Shown: piece by piece, positions 1 to 8,566 of the stretch
Layout: every line of letters begins with the position of its first letter
How positions within the stretch are numbered: the first letter of the stretch is position 1
From: Halobacteriovoraceae bacterium
GTDB taxonomy: Bacteria > Bdellovibrionota > Bacteriovoracia > Bacteriovoracales > Bacteriovoracaceae
NCBI GenBank assembly: GCA_963719505.1
Contig: CAVRCF010000001.1
Coordinates: forward strand, 992,001 to 1,056,000
Length of the DNA stretch: 64,000 bases
Direction: 5' to 3'
Made by a program: the position numbers and the translations under genes
The notes under the pieces: generated by a model
The model's input: the letters and a program-made list of their open reading frames with translations, nothing else
Told to the model about the DNA's origin: nothing
Database searches by the model: none

Positions 1-237
1 AACATTCTCGCTAGAACCTAGAGCTTGTGGATTGATTGGCGTAAGACCTCTTACAGAATTTGAATCGGCCTCTAAGTAACCAGAGCTTTTTAAGTACTTA
101 ATATAGTCTTGAACCGACCCAAGAGATTTAAAACCAAAGAACTCTTGTATTTCAACTTGTGTTGGAGAAACTGAATGCTCTTCAATGTACTCGACAATGT
201 AGTCGTAAACCTGTTTTTGTTTTTTAGTTAAGCTCAT
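1..237 (-). CDS. lexA: LexA SOS repressor, N-terminal DNA-binding domain (runs off the window start)
   Basis: Not in the ORF track. My translation from ATG at 237: MSLTKKQKQVYDYIVEYIEEHSVSPTQVEIQEFFGFKSLGSVQDYIKYLKSSGYLEADSNSVRGL. This matches the LexA winged-helix pattern (LT.KQ..V..YI, SPT..EI, FG..S, L...GYL, RGL). Divergent from dinB. Confidence 0.9.
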   Translation of the reverse strand, partial: MSLTKKQKQVYDYIVEYIEEHSVSPTQVEIQEFFGFKSLGSVQDYIKYLKSSGYLEADSNSVRGLTPINPQALGSSENV

Positions 238-255
238 ATTTTTTCCTAGTTGATT

Positions 256-305
256 TCCGTATCATTTCCGTAGTATGTTAATACTGTATCCGTAATAATT
301 CCGTA
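256..305. promoter_or_regulatory. Two TCCGTA-N5-TCCGTA direct-repeat pairs; candidate LexA operators
   Basis: TCCGTA at 256, 267, 289 and 300 (offsets 0, 11, 33, 44) within the 102-bp lexA/dinB divergent intergenic region. Confidence 0.6.
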
Positions 306-339
306 GGTCAATAACTTTTTTTGGATAGGTTAAAAAAAA

Positions 340-1395
340 ATGAAGATAAGAAAGATCATACATATCGACATGGACTATTTCTTTGCTCAAGTAGAGCTGT
401 TAGATAAACCACATCTTAAAGACAAGCCTGTGGCCATTGGGGGGATAAGTTCTAAGGGCAGAGGTGTTTTGTCGACGTGTAACTATGTTGCACGAGAATT
501 TGGTGTCCGTTCGGCCATGCCAAGCTTTATAGCTCTTCAAAAATGTCCTAACCTTATCTTTTTAAAGTCTAATTACAGTAAGTACTCACAGATTAGTTCT
601 CAAATTTTTGAAATTTTTAAGCGCTATACAGATACCGTGCAAGTTGTCTCTGTTGACGAAGCTTATCTCGATGTTACAGATTCACCGTTGTTTTTTAATT
701 CTGCGACCCTTATTGCGATAGATATTCGAAGAGCAATTTTTGAGGAAACGGGTCTTACTGCAAGCGCTGGAGTGTCATTTAATAAAATGCTCGCGAAAAT
801 CAGCTCGGAGATAAATAAACCCGACGGCCTTTTTGTCATTGATCCCGCTAGTGCAGAATCTATTATCCCAAAGTTTGATGTCGCGCTCATCAATGGTGTT
901 GGAAAGGTGACAAAGGCGAGATTAAATGACAGCGGAATCTTTACTTTTGCCGATTTAGAAAAGTATACCAAACTTGATTTAATAAACCTGATGGGATCTT
1001 ATGGTCCAACTCTTTATAATTTTTGTCGAGGTATCGATTCAAGAGAGGTGGTGACGAGTCGACAGAGAAAGTCATTAAGTGTAGAGAGGACATTCTTCGA
1101 GGATCTTTTAGACGAAAGTGAATTGAAGCATAAACTACAAATGTGTTTTGAAGAGATGATGGAAAGATTAAAAAAGCACACGGAAAGGGTAGTAAAAACT
1201 ATCTTTATAAAAATAAAATACTCGAACTTTGAACAAACGACTATTGAGCAGGGACTTGAGACACTCACGTTTGACTCTTTCTATTCTTTATTTGAACAGA
1301 GGTTTTCACAGTGTAAGCAGAAGGTTCGCTTGCTAGGTCTTGGTGTTAAGTTTCACAGTCTTGATCAAGAAGGACAATTAGCTTTTACTCTCTAG
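340..1395 (+). CDS. dinB: DNA polymerase IV (Y-family)
   Basis: IIHIDMDYFFAQVE, STCNYVAREFGVRSAMP, SVDEAYLD, KMLAKISSEINKPDG and C-terminal little-finger VRLLGL motifs. Confidence 0.97.
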   Translation: MKIRKIIHIDMDYFFAQVELLDKPHLKDKPVAIGGISSKGRGVLSTCNYVAREFGVRSAMPSFIALQKCPNLIFLKSNYSKYSQISSQIFEIFKRYTDTVQVVSVDEAYLDVTDSPLFFNSATLIAIDIRRAIFEETGLTASAGVSFNKMLAKISSEINKPDGLFVIDPASAESIIPKFDVALINGVGKVTKARLNDSGIFTFADLEKYTKLDLINLMGSYGPTLYNFCRGIDSREVVTSRQRKSLSVERTFFEDLLDESELKHKLQMCFEEMMERLKKHTERVVKTIFIKIKYSNFEQTTIEQGLETLTFDSFYSLFEQRFSQCKQKVRLLGLGVKFHSLDQEGQLAFTL

Positions 1396-2100
1396 TTTTT
1401 TTGAAATAGAGTCAAAAAGTAAACCGATCGAGGCTCCCATTGAGTCAAAGACTTGGCCTACAGAAATAGATTTATTTAAAAGCCAGTGATCAGTTTCGCT
1501 TGAGTAGTAATAGCTTAGCACGGTACTTTTATCATTTACTTCTGTAATGGTGTATTTAGCAAAAGCTTTCTTAAAAGCTGAGTCTTGCTTTAGGGGATTT
1601 TCAACGAGAGCTTTTGCTTTCTTATCTGTAAGCATCTCTTGGGTAATTGTGAGAATCCTTTTACCGGAGCTATTTTTTGTCTCATAGACACGAACTAAGT
1701 CCATATGAGAGAAGCTTTCTCTATTATAAATTCGTCTTGCTATAAGGTAGCGATCAATTTCATCTTTTTCTTTTACGAAAGCTTTAGTGACTTTGTAGAC
1801 CTTCGACTCGACAAGGTTACTGTTGTGGTAGGGACATACATATTTTTTATCAGTGAGTTCTCTTTTGTCTTTTAGTTCATTATTGCACTTCTCTGTAAAG
1901 TTAGAGACTGCGGCTACAACGCTTTCAAAAGGAGCTGGAAATACTTGGGATAAGTTGCCTTGATAAAATCGATTACTATCTTTCTTGCCTGAAATCATTT
2001 TAACTTTAGTTTCTTCATGAGTCTCTTTGTCATCAACTTCATATGAGGAATAGTCAGCAAAGGCTGATAGCGATATAAGCACAAGAGAAAGTAGCTTCAT
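1378..2100 (-). CDS. Exported hypothetical protein, possibly START/SRPBCC-like
   Basis: Signal peptide MKLLSLVLISLSAFA; 240-aa ORF; the VFPAPFESVVAAVSNF segment resembles the SRPBCC N-terminus (weak). Confidence 0.65.
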   Translation of the reverse strand: MKLLSLVLISLSAFADYSSYEVDDKETHEETKVKMISGKKDSNRFYQGNLSQVFPAPFESVVAAVSNFTEKCNNELKDKRELTDKKYVCPYHNSNLVESKVYKVTKAFVKEKDEIDRYLIARRIYNRESFSHMDLVRVYETKNSSGKRILTITQEMLTDKKAKALVENPLKQDSAFKKAFAKYTITEVNDKSTVLSYYYSSETDHWLLNKSISVGQVFDSMGASIGLLFDSISKKLESKS

Positions 2101-2139
2101 AGGTTTAACTCCGTTTGTATTATTAAAAGAAAAATTCTA

Positions 2140-2484
2140 TCAGAAAACTCTGTTGATAGTAAGGTGACCACTTATTTGCTTGGTTAATTCTGAGTAAAAT
2201 TCTCCGAGCTCTTCGTTCAAACAAGAAGGGTCAAGTTCTAGGATAGCGATGACATTGAGAACCTGAAAATGCTCTTCGAAACTCTCAGTAAATTGATTAA
2301 GCTTTTGATCTTCAGCTCTTTGTTCTGTTAATTTATTGAGCTCAAAGCGAAAATTTTCTAAATCTTGAATTATTTCTTGGCGACTGACACGAATGATCTT
2401 TCTGCGTTGGAAAAAATAATAAATTCCTCCCAAGGTTGCTAATATACCAATATCAATAAGAATGCTCATCATCGGGCTCATCAA
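2140..2484 (-). CDS. Hypothetical membrane-anchored protein
   Basis: N-terminal TM helix ILIDIGILATLGGIYYFF followed by RRK and a helical soluble tail. Confidence 0.7.
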   Translation of the reverse strand: MMSPMMSILIDIGILATLGGIYYFFQRRKIIRVSRQEIIQDLENFRFELNKLTEQRAEDQKLNQFTESFEEHFQVLNVIAILELDPSCLNEELGEFYSELTKQISGHLTINRVF

Positions 2485-2535
2485 TAAAATTCCTTTGTCT
2501 GCCTGTGTCCAAGCAAAGGTTATCTAAAAAAGAGT

Positions 2536-2562
2536 TAATTTACCATCTGAAACTACCGATAT
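2536..2562 (+). promoter_or_regulatory. sigma28 (FliA)-like promoter
   Basis: TAAT-N15-ACCGATAT versus the consensus TAAA-N15-GCCGATAA, upstream of the GAGG RBS and ATG 2591. Confidence 0.5.
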
Positions 2563-2590
2563 AGTGAGTGAGCGATAAAAAAGAGGTATT

Positions 2591-2839
2591 ATGTCATATT
2601 TTGCTAGAGGTTTAAGAGACCTTCTAAGAACAACTCAATTAAACGAAGAATTTTTTCAAGATTTAGATAGTTTTCAAAAGAATTTCATAGACATGTGCTT
2701 TAAGCAAAGCTTAGATGAGAAAATGGGAATGATGGGAGATGTTGAAAGTTACAACTATCATCTTTTTCAAGAGTTTAGGCTGAGGGAATTTGAAACTCAA
2801 TTTGGTTTAGAAGAGAACTACTGGAAGAAGACCGCTTAG
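2591..2839 (+). CDS. Small hypothetical protein
   Basis: 82-aa ORF with AAGAGG RBS and an upstream promoter-like motif. Confidence 0.7.
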   Translation: MSYFARGLRDLLRTTQLNEEFFQDLDSFQKNFIDMCFKQSLDEKMGMMGDVESYNYHLFQEFRLREFETQFGLEENYWKKTA

Positions 2840-3708
2840 GAAATCTTTTCAAAACGAAGGTCGAGCTTAGACTTGTAGAATTTCATTTCTGTGTCAACGC
2901 CGACCATCTCGCCCGCTTCAATTTTTTTCCATACATTGACACCCGAGAGTTTTTCACTTGAGAGAATAAGGTGATTGACCAATCCGTCTTCCCCCGGTGC
3001 AGCTTCACAATTATTAGCATAGAAGGGACAGTGATCTCTTTCAGGACAAACAGTTTTGTAGGTACAATAGTAGAGGTCTTGACCACCATTGACGGCAATC
3101 ATTTTTTTTCCATTGGTTAGAATAAATGAGAAGTAATTCTCTGTTGGTGTTGGATCATTCCTGTGAGTGGGAATCCCAGTTATTGCAGTTATTTTTCTCA
3201 ACGCTTTATTGATATAGAGCTTCATCTGCTCAAGTGGAATATGGTGATCTTTCAAAGAGTGATTCTCTTTTATAAAGGTGAGAATAATATAGAAAATAAT
3301 CTCACTATCTGTTGTTCCCAAAATATATCTTCTTAGCTCAAGGTCTACCAATTTTAAAAGCTCTTCTTTTTTATCTTCGAAATTTTTAATATTTCCATTG
3401 TGAGCAAAAATCCATTTACCATACTGGAAGGGATGGGAGTTTAAAATTGTCTGGTTTCCTTGGGTTGCTTTCCTAATATGGGCAAGGACTGTGTTGGAGC
3501 TGACGACGCCGGAGACCTTATGGAAGAGCTGGTCTTCCATGGCGCAATTTGTAGATCTTATGAGGTGAGGAGTCTCCTCAACATAATAGCCCACTCCCCA
3601 GCCATCGGGATGCTTTTGTGAGAGGTCATGGAGGGTATTATCTGCTTCCACTAAACTTGAGTGAACTTGGCTTGTAATGACGGAATGGAAAGCGAACAGT
3701 CTACACAT
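2836..3708 (-). CDS. Class II (Ntn) glutamine amidotransferase, YafJ/EgtC-like
   Basis: N-terminal MCRLF nucleophile Cys, HPDGWG, AHIRKAT, NSHPF, FAHNG, GTTDSE. Confidence 0.9.
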   Translation of the reverse strand: MCRLFAFHSVITSQVHSSLVEADNTLHDLSQKHPDGWGVGYYVEETPHLIRSTNCAMEDQLFHKVSGVVSSNTVLAHIRKATQGNQTILNSHPFQYGKWIFAHNGNIKNFEDKKEELLKLVDLELRRYILGTTDSEIIFYIILTFIKENHSLKDHHIPLEQMKLYINKALRKITAITGIPTHRNDPTPTENYFSFILTNGKKMIAVNGGQDLYYCTYKTVCPERDHCPFYANNCEAAPGEDGLVNHLILSSEKLSGVNVWKKIEAGEMVGVDTEMKFYKSKLDLRFEKIS

Positions 3709-3784
3709 GTTATAAGTGTGTCAAAGTTCAAGAAATTATCAAGCTTGAAAATCTGACCGAGTAGCTAATATCAGTGACTTATGT

Positions 3785-5536
3785 ATGATGTTAACTAAAG
3801 GAACTTTAATGAGAAAACTAATACCTTTACTACTTTTTGTAGCAGCAATTTTTGTTGGGCTAAACTTTAGAAAGTCACTCTTTCCGAAAAGTATACCAAA
3901 TACACTGGATTTAGTCGTCGCGAATCAAGTTAAATCATTTGATCCGGCAATTGCCTTCAATGATGATTCATTGTCTGTGGTGGGGCAGTCTCTCGATACT
4001 CTTTATCAATACCACTATTTGAAAAGACCCTACGAGATCATTCCCTCTCTTGCTGAGGGAATGCCATTGATTTCAGATAATGGTAAAAGGTACACAATAA
4101 AAATCAAAAAAAATATTCTCTATCATCAAAAGACTCCATTTTTTGAGGGGAAGAGAATGGTAGAGGCCCGCGATTTTGAACTTCAAATTAAACGATTAGC
4201 TTTTGCTCCAGTGAAAAGTGTCGGCTCTTGGTTGTTCTCTGGAAAAATTGAAGGTTTTGATGATTTTACAAAGGAAGTAGGAGATAATCAGGATCTTTTT
4301 TATAAAACGAAAATGAAAGGTGTGAGCGTTTTAGATAAGCAAACAATTCAAATCGATCTTGTTAAGCCTGAGCCCAATCTTTTGTATTTTTTATGCATGA
4401 CTTTTACTTCTCCAACTCCCGAAGAGCTTTTGAAGAAATACAATAATGACCTTTCAAAAGTTTTAGTTGGTACTGGTGCATATTATCTTTCTAAAATGAC
4501 AAAAAAGAAATATGTCTTTGAAAGAAATGATCAGTTCAGAGAAGAACAATATCCAAGCACCGGTGATCGCTTTGCCAATACGCAAGACCTTTTGCGCTCA
4601 TCAAGTGAGAGGCTTCCTTTTATTGATGAGATAACATTCCATGTTGCCGACTCGGAAACTGAGGCTTGGGATATGTTTATGGAGGGTGAACTCGATATTC
4701 TGAGTGTGCCTAAAAAGTTTCTTTCAGAAGTTTCAAGTGATATTGAAGCTTTCGATAAACTCAAAGAAGAAAAAGGGTTCATGAGTAAATATTCGACGAC
4801 GATTTCTTCGCGTTGGCTTGGCTTTAATATGCAAGACCCTGTTCTTGGAAGTAATATCAATCTTAGAAAGGCGATTGCCCACGCTATAGACTTCGATAAA
4901 TATATTGAAATAATGTCTAATAACACGAATCTTAAAGCAAACTCTATCTACAACCCAAGCATTCCAGGTTATGACCCAAGCTATAAGAAGTCTTATCATT
5001 ACGACCTAAAAAAAGCGAAAAAGTACTTAAAGAAATCTAATATTGACCTTTCTAAATATACCCTTATTTATTCCACTCGTGGAGATCAACTTATCAATTT
5101 CAACGAAGCAGAGTTTATTAAAAATCAGCTAAGTTTAATTGGTATAAAGGTTAAAATTCAAATACTAACCTTTACTGAATTTATTAAAATGGGAAGGGCC
5201 GGAAAGCTTCAATTTTTTACAGATCAATGGATTTATGACTACCCTGATGCTGAAAATGTTTTGCAATTATTGATTTCAAAAAATGCTCCTGGAATTAACA
5301 AAAGTGGATACAAAAATAAAAGAGTTGATACGCTTTATCAAAAACTCTCATATACTTTAGATAGGGAAGAGAGATTTGAGATCATGAAAGATATTGAAAA
5401 AATAGTTGATAACGAACTTCCCTGGATAATGCTGATGTATGAGAGCTCTTATGTCTTGCACTCCAGAAGTTTGCAAAATTTTCGGCGCTCCTTTTTCATA
5501 AGAAATTATTTAAAATACCTTAAGAAAAAGTTATAG
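3785..5536 (+). CDS. ABC transporter peptide/nickel substrate-binding protein (SBP family 5); real start may be MRK at about 3809
   Basis: SFDPA, PSLAE, YTIKIK, VGTGAY, LRKAIAHAID, WIYDYPD motifs of the OppA/DppA family. Confidence 0.9.
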   Translation: MMLTKGTLMRKLIPLLLFVAAIFVGLNFRKSLFPKSIPNTLDLVVANQVKSFDPAIAFNDDSLSVVGQSLDTLYQYHYLKRPYEIIPSLAEGMPLISDNGKRYTIKIKKNILYHQKTPFFEGKRMVEARDFELQIKRLAFAPVKSVGSWLFSGKIEGFDDFTKEVGDNQDLFYKTKMKGVSVLDKQTIQIDLVKPEPNLLYFLCMTFTSPTPEELLKKYNNDLSKVLVGTGAYYLSKMTKKKYVFERNDQFREEQYPSTGDRFANTQDLLRSSSERLPFIDEITFHVADSETEAWDMFMEGELDILSVPKKFLSEVSSDIEAFDKLKEEKGFMSKYSTTISSRWLGFNMQDPVLGSNINLRKAIAHAIDFDKYIEIMSNNTNLKANSIYNPSIPGYDPSYKKSYHYDLKKAKKYLKKSNIDLSKYTLIYSTRGDQLINFNEAEFIKNQLSLIGIKVKIQILTFTEFIKMGRAGKLQFFTDQWIYDYPDAENVLQLLISKNAPGINKSGYKNKRVDTLYQKLSYTLDREERFEIMKDIEKIVDNELPWIMLMYESSYVLHSRSLQNFRRSFFIRNYLKYLKKKL

Positions 5537-5649
5537 TATCTTCCGTCTAAGTGGTTAATAATAAACCAATTAGTGTCACTCTGACACTTTTTCAGAACTT
5601 GCTTTTGAACATTTAATAATCTAGATTATCTATAAATCGAAGATGTTTT

Positions 5650-6714
5650 TTGTACGTGACCAAAGGTAAATTCATGAAGATTATAATCTGTTTAATTGTC
5701 TGTTTAATAAGTACTGCAAGTTTTGGAAAGACAATTAGTTTAATGAACTATAATGCAGAGAACTTATTTGATACTACCCACGATCAAGGAAAAGAAGATT
5801 ACACATACCTGCCCTTGAAAATTAAACAAGCGTCTGAAGAAATTCAAAATTACTGTAATGGTCTAAGTGTAGAATCTTGGAAAAATGATTGTCTTTACAC
5901 AGATTACAGCGAAGAAGTTTTAAAAGTAAAAATTCAAAACTTAGCGAAAGTTATCCGAACCTATAATAAGGGCAGAGGTGCAGATATTGTCGTTCTACAG
6001 GAAGTTGAAAATTTAAATGTTTTAAAAATTTTAGTAAATACGGGCTTAAAGAACCTAGGTTATAAGTATATTGCTCTTGTTGAAGGTCCTGATAGCAGAG
6101 GGATTGATGTTGGAGTGTTGAGTAAGTATCCGGTTGAATCTAAAAAACTGCATGAGATCGATTTAAGTCACCTAGGGCAATCGACTCGCGGAATCCTAGA
6201 GGTGAATCTAAAAATCGATAGGAAGACAGTTACCGTGTTTGGAAATCACTGGCCGAGTCAGCACAACCCTTCAGAAGCTAGATTCGCTGCCTCGGAAAAG
6301 TTAAAGCAGTTGGCCCATGACAGTCAAAGCAATATCGTTATCGCAACTGGAGACTTCAATACGACACCCAAAGACATACCAAACGGAATCAATAACCTTT
6401 CAGATACATTTATAGACGTAGAAAGACAGGCCCGCATGAGAATCTTTAAAAATCTTTGGGCTGGGACTCATTGGTATAAAGGTGAGTGGGGCTCTCTTGA
6501 CAGAATTTTTGTCAAAAGAGACTTTCATAATGCGAAGTTAAAGTTTAGATCTTTTCATATCTTGGCTTATAAATTTTTACTTGCACCAAAGACTTTAACT
6601 GACCTTGAGACTGGGGAAGTTTCAGTTTATCAAAATGTTCCAAATAGTTTTAGCATTGAAAATAAAACGGGATTTTCGGATCATCTACCAATCGTTTTTA
6701 AGTTTAAGCTTTAA
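5650..6714 (+). CDS. Exported endonuclease/exonuclease/phosphatase (EEP) family protein; likely start MKII at 5674
   Basis: YNAENLFD, LQEVEN, RGIDV, NHWPS, GDFN, LDRIF, FSDHLPI; signal peptide. Confidence 0.9.
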   Translation: MYVTKGKFMKIIICLIVCLISTASFGKTISLMNYNAENLFDTTHDQGKEDYTYLPLKIKQASEEIQNYCNGLSVESWKNDCLYTDYSEEVLKVKIQNLAKVIRTYNKGRGADIVVLQEVENLNVLKILVNTGLKNLGYKYIALVEGPDSRGIDVGVLSKYPVESKKLHEIDLSHLGQSTRGILEVNLKIDRKTVTVFGNHWPSQHNPSEARFAASEKLKQLAHDSQSNIVIATGDFNTTPKDIPNGINNLSDTFIDVERQARMRIFKNLWAGTHWYKGEWGSLDRIFVKRDFHNAKLKFRSFHILAYKFLLAPKTLTDLETGEVSVYQNVPNSFSIENKTGFSDHLPIVFKFKL

Positions 6715-7102
6715 TCTCAATTTTCAAAACAACTGATATTTTTGAAATCAATGCCCTTACACTTGTGGGCTTAGTGATAATATGGCGCAAGCCAAGCTCT
6801 ATAATCTCATTTACTCGAGGACCAGTTACCTCTCCGGACATCACAATTATTTTTGTTTGGGAGGCCTTGGGATCCATTAAGACATTTTTAATAAAGTTTA
6901 TACCATCCATTTTAGGCATATTGAGATCGGTAATTATGAGATCAAAGCTTTGATTTCTCATTTTCAAGATCGCCTCCGCGCCATCACTGGAAGCAGTAAC
7001 CGACGAAAAAACTTTGAGATCATTTAAAACTTCTGTTATTAAGTCCCTAATTTCACTATCATCTTCTACTAATAAAACATTAAAATCGCTTTTCTTACCC
7101 AT
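6704..7102 (-). CDS. Single-domain response regulator (CheY-like)
   Basis: VLLVEDD, DLIITDLNMPKMDG, S/T and KP motifs. Confidence 0.92.
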   Translation of the reverse strand: MGKKSDFNVLLVEDDSEIRDLITEVLNDLKVFSSVTASSDGAEAILKMRNQSFDLIITDLNMPKMDGINFIKNVLMDPKASQTKIIVMSGEVTGPRVNEIIELGLRHIITKPTSVRALISKISVVLKIEIKA

Positions 7103-7226
7103 GCGTTCTAGTCACCTTTAAAAACTAACTTTTTCTAACCTTCGTTCAATTTTAAATTCTTTTCGATTTTCATTTATTATACTGATCCTCTGAAATAAAT
7201 AAATAACAAAAGACACGGAGGTTCCT

Positions 7227-8489
7227 TTGAAAAATATTATCAGTAGCGCTCTTGTATTAATTTCTCTTAATGCGGTAGCGGGTTTTAATTTAACCAAAAC
7301 AACAACGATACCATCACTAGACGTCTACAAAATGCATGATCAAGACGTATTGAATGAAAAGCTTGGAAATGCTCCACGTTTTGCTATTGAGCATGATGTT
7401 GACACTAAAAGCGAAAATGGTAAGTGGATTGAGCAAGGATCTTACTTAATAAAAAGAGAGCGAATCTCTGCTCCTAACTCTGTTTCAATTAATATTGCGA
7501 TGGATTTCAAAATGACTGAGAATTCAGTTGTTAGAATTTACTCAAGAGATATGACACAAACGATTCGGGATTTTACAGCGAATGACAATAACTCCGCTAA
7601 CGAGCTTTGGTCGCCAGTTGTTATGTCTGACGATATTATTGTTGAGCTTGTCGCTCCTAAAGCAGAAGCTGCAAAGGTAGTCTTTAACGTAAAACAAATT
7701 AACCAAGGTTATAGAACATTTTCTCAAACAACTCTAAAGTCTGGATCATGTAATGTTGATGTTGCCTGTACTGAAAGTGTAGGTTGGGAAAATGAAGTTA
7801 ACTCTGTTGGTGTCATCTCAACAGGTGGTTCAACTTTTTGTACAGGTTTTATGGTTAACAACACCTCAAATGATAGAACTCCTTACTTTATGACGGCTAA
7901 CCACTGTCGAATTAACTCTAGAAACGCACAAAGTTTAGTTGTTTATTGGAACTATCAGGCTTCATCATGTGGTGGTAGACGTGACGGATCAAAAGTCCAA
8001 TTTAACACTGGAAGCCAATTTTTATCTGCAAGTAGCAAGAGTGATTTTGCTCTAGTAAAACTTAATCAGCAACCGGAACCAAGCTTTAATGTTACCTATG
8101 CAGGATGGGATAGATCTGGAGTCGATGCAACAAGTGCTACGGCCATTCACCACCCAGCGACAGATGAAAAGTCAATCAGCTTTGAGTATGAGCCGACAAC
8201 GATTACAAATTACCTAGGAGAAGACATTCCTGGAGATTCAACTCACGTTAGAGTAGAAGACTGGGATGTTGGAACGACAGAGCCTGGTTCAAGTGGATCT
8301 CCGTTATTTGATCAAAACCACCGTGTTATTGGTCAGCTTCATGGTGGTTACGCATCATGTTCAAGCCAAACTTCAGATTGGTATGGAAGAATTTTTACGT
8401 CTTGGGATGGAGATGGAAGTTCAAGCTCAAGACTGAGAGATCATCTTGACGCTGCCGGAACAGGTGACTTAACAACAGATACTCTTTAA
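7227..8489 (+). CDS. Secreted lysyl-endopeptidase-like serine protease (Achromobacter protease I family)
   Basis: TTG start with GGAGG RBS; signal peptide and propeptide; SGSCNVDVAC, TANHC (His), SDFALV (Asp), TEPGSSGSP (Ser), GQLHGG, SDWYGRIFTSW. Confidence 0.9.
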   Translation: MKNIISSALVLISLNAVAGFNLTKTTTIPSLDVYKMHDQDVLNEKLGNAPRFAIEHDVDTKSENGKWIEQGSYLIKRERISAPNSVSINIAMDFKMTENSVVRIYSRDMTQTIRDFTANDNNSANELWSPVVMSDDIIVELVAPKAEAAKVVFNVKQINQGYRTFSQTTLKSGSCNVDVACTESVGWENEVNSVGVISTGGSTFCTGFMVNNTSNDRTPYFMTANHCRINSRNAQSLVVYWNYQASSCGGRRDGSKVQFNTGSQFLSASSKSDFALVKLNQQPEPSFNVTYAGWDRSGVDATSATAIHHPATDEKSISFEYEPTTITNYLGEDIPGDSTHVRVEDWDVGTTEPGSSGSPLFDQNHRVIGQLHGGYASCSSQTSDWYGRIFTSWDGDGSSSSRLRDHLDAAGTGDLTTDTL

Positions 8490-8501
8490 TTTAAATACGA
8501 C

Positions 8502-8536
8502 AAAGCCCTCCGATATCTCGGAGGGTTTTTCTTTTC
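8502..8536 (+). terminator. Rho-independent terminator
   Basis: CCCTCCGA-TATC-TCGGAGGG hairpin followed by TTTTTCTTTT, just after the protease stop. Confidence 0.85.
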
Positions 8537-8566
8537 AGCTTCCTTAATCTTTCGTAAAATACCTGC

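Noticed and set aside
281-300. ATACTGTAT resembling half of an E. coli SOS box
   Set aside because: No ACAG partner at N8; the phased TCCGTA repeats explain the region better.
5572-5588. AGTGTCA-CTC-TGACACT palindrome resembling the GTGTC/GACAC hairpin at 23618
   Set aside because: Spacers differ (5 vs 9 nt between GTGTC and GACAC) and there are only two instances, too few to call a shared operator or REP family.
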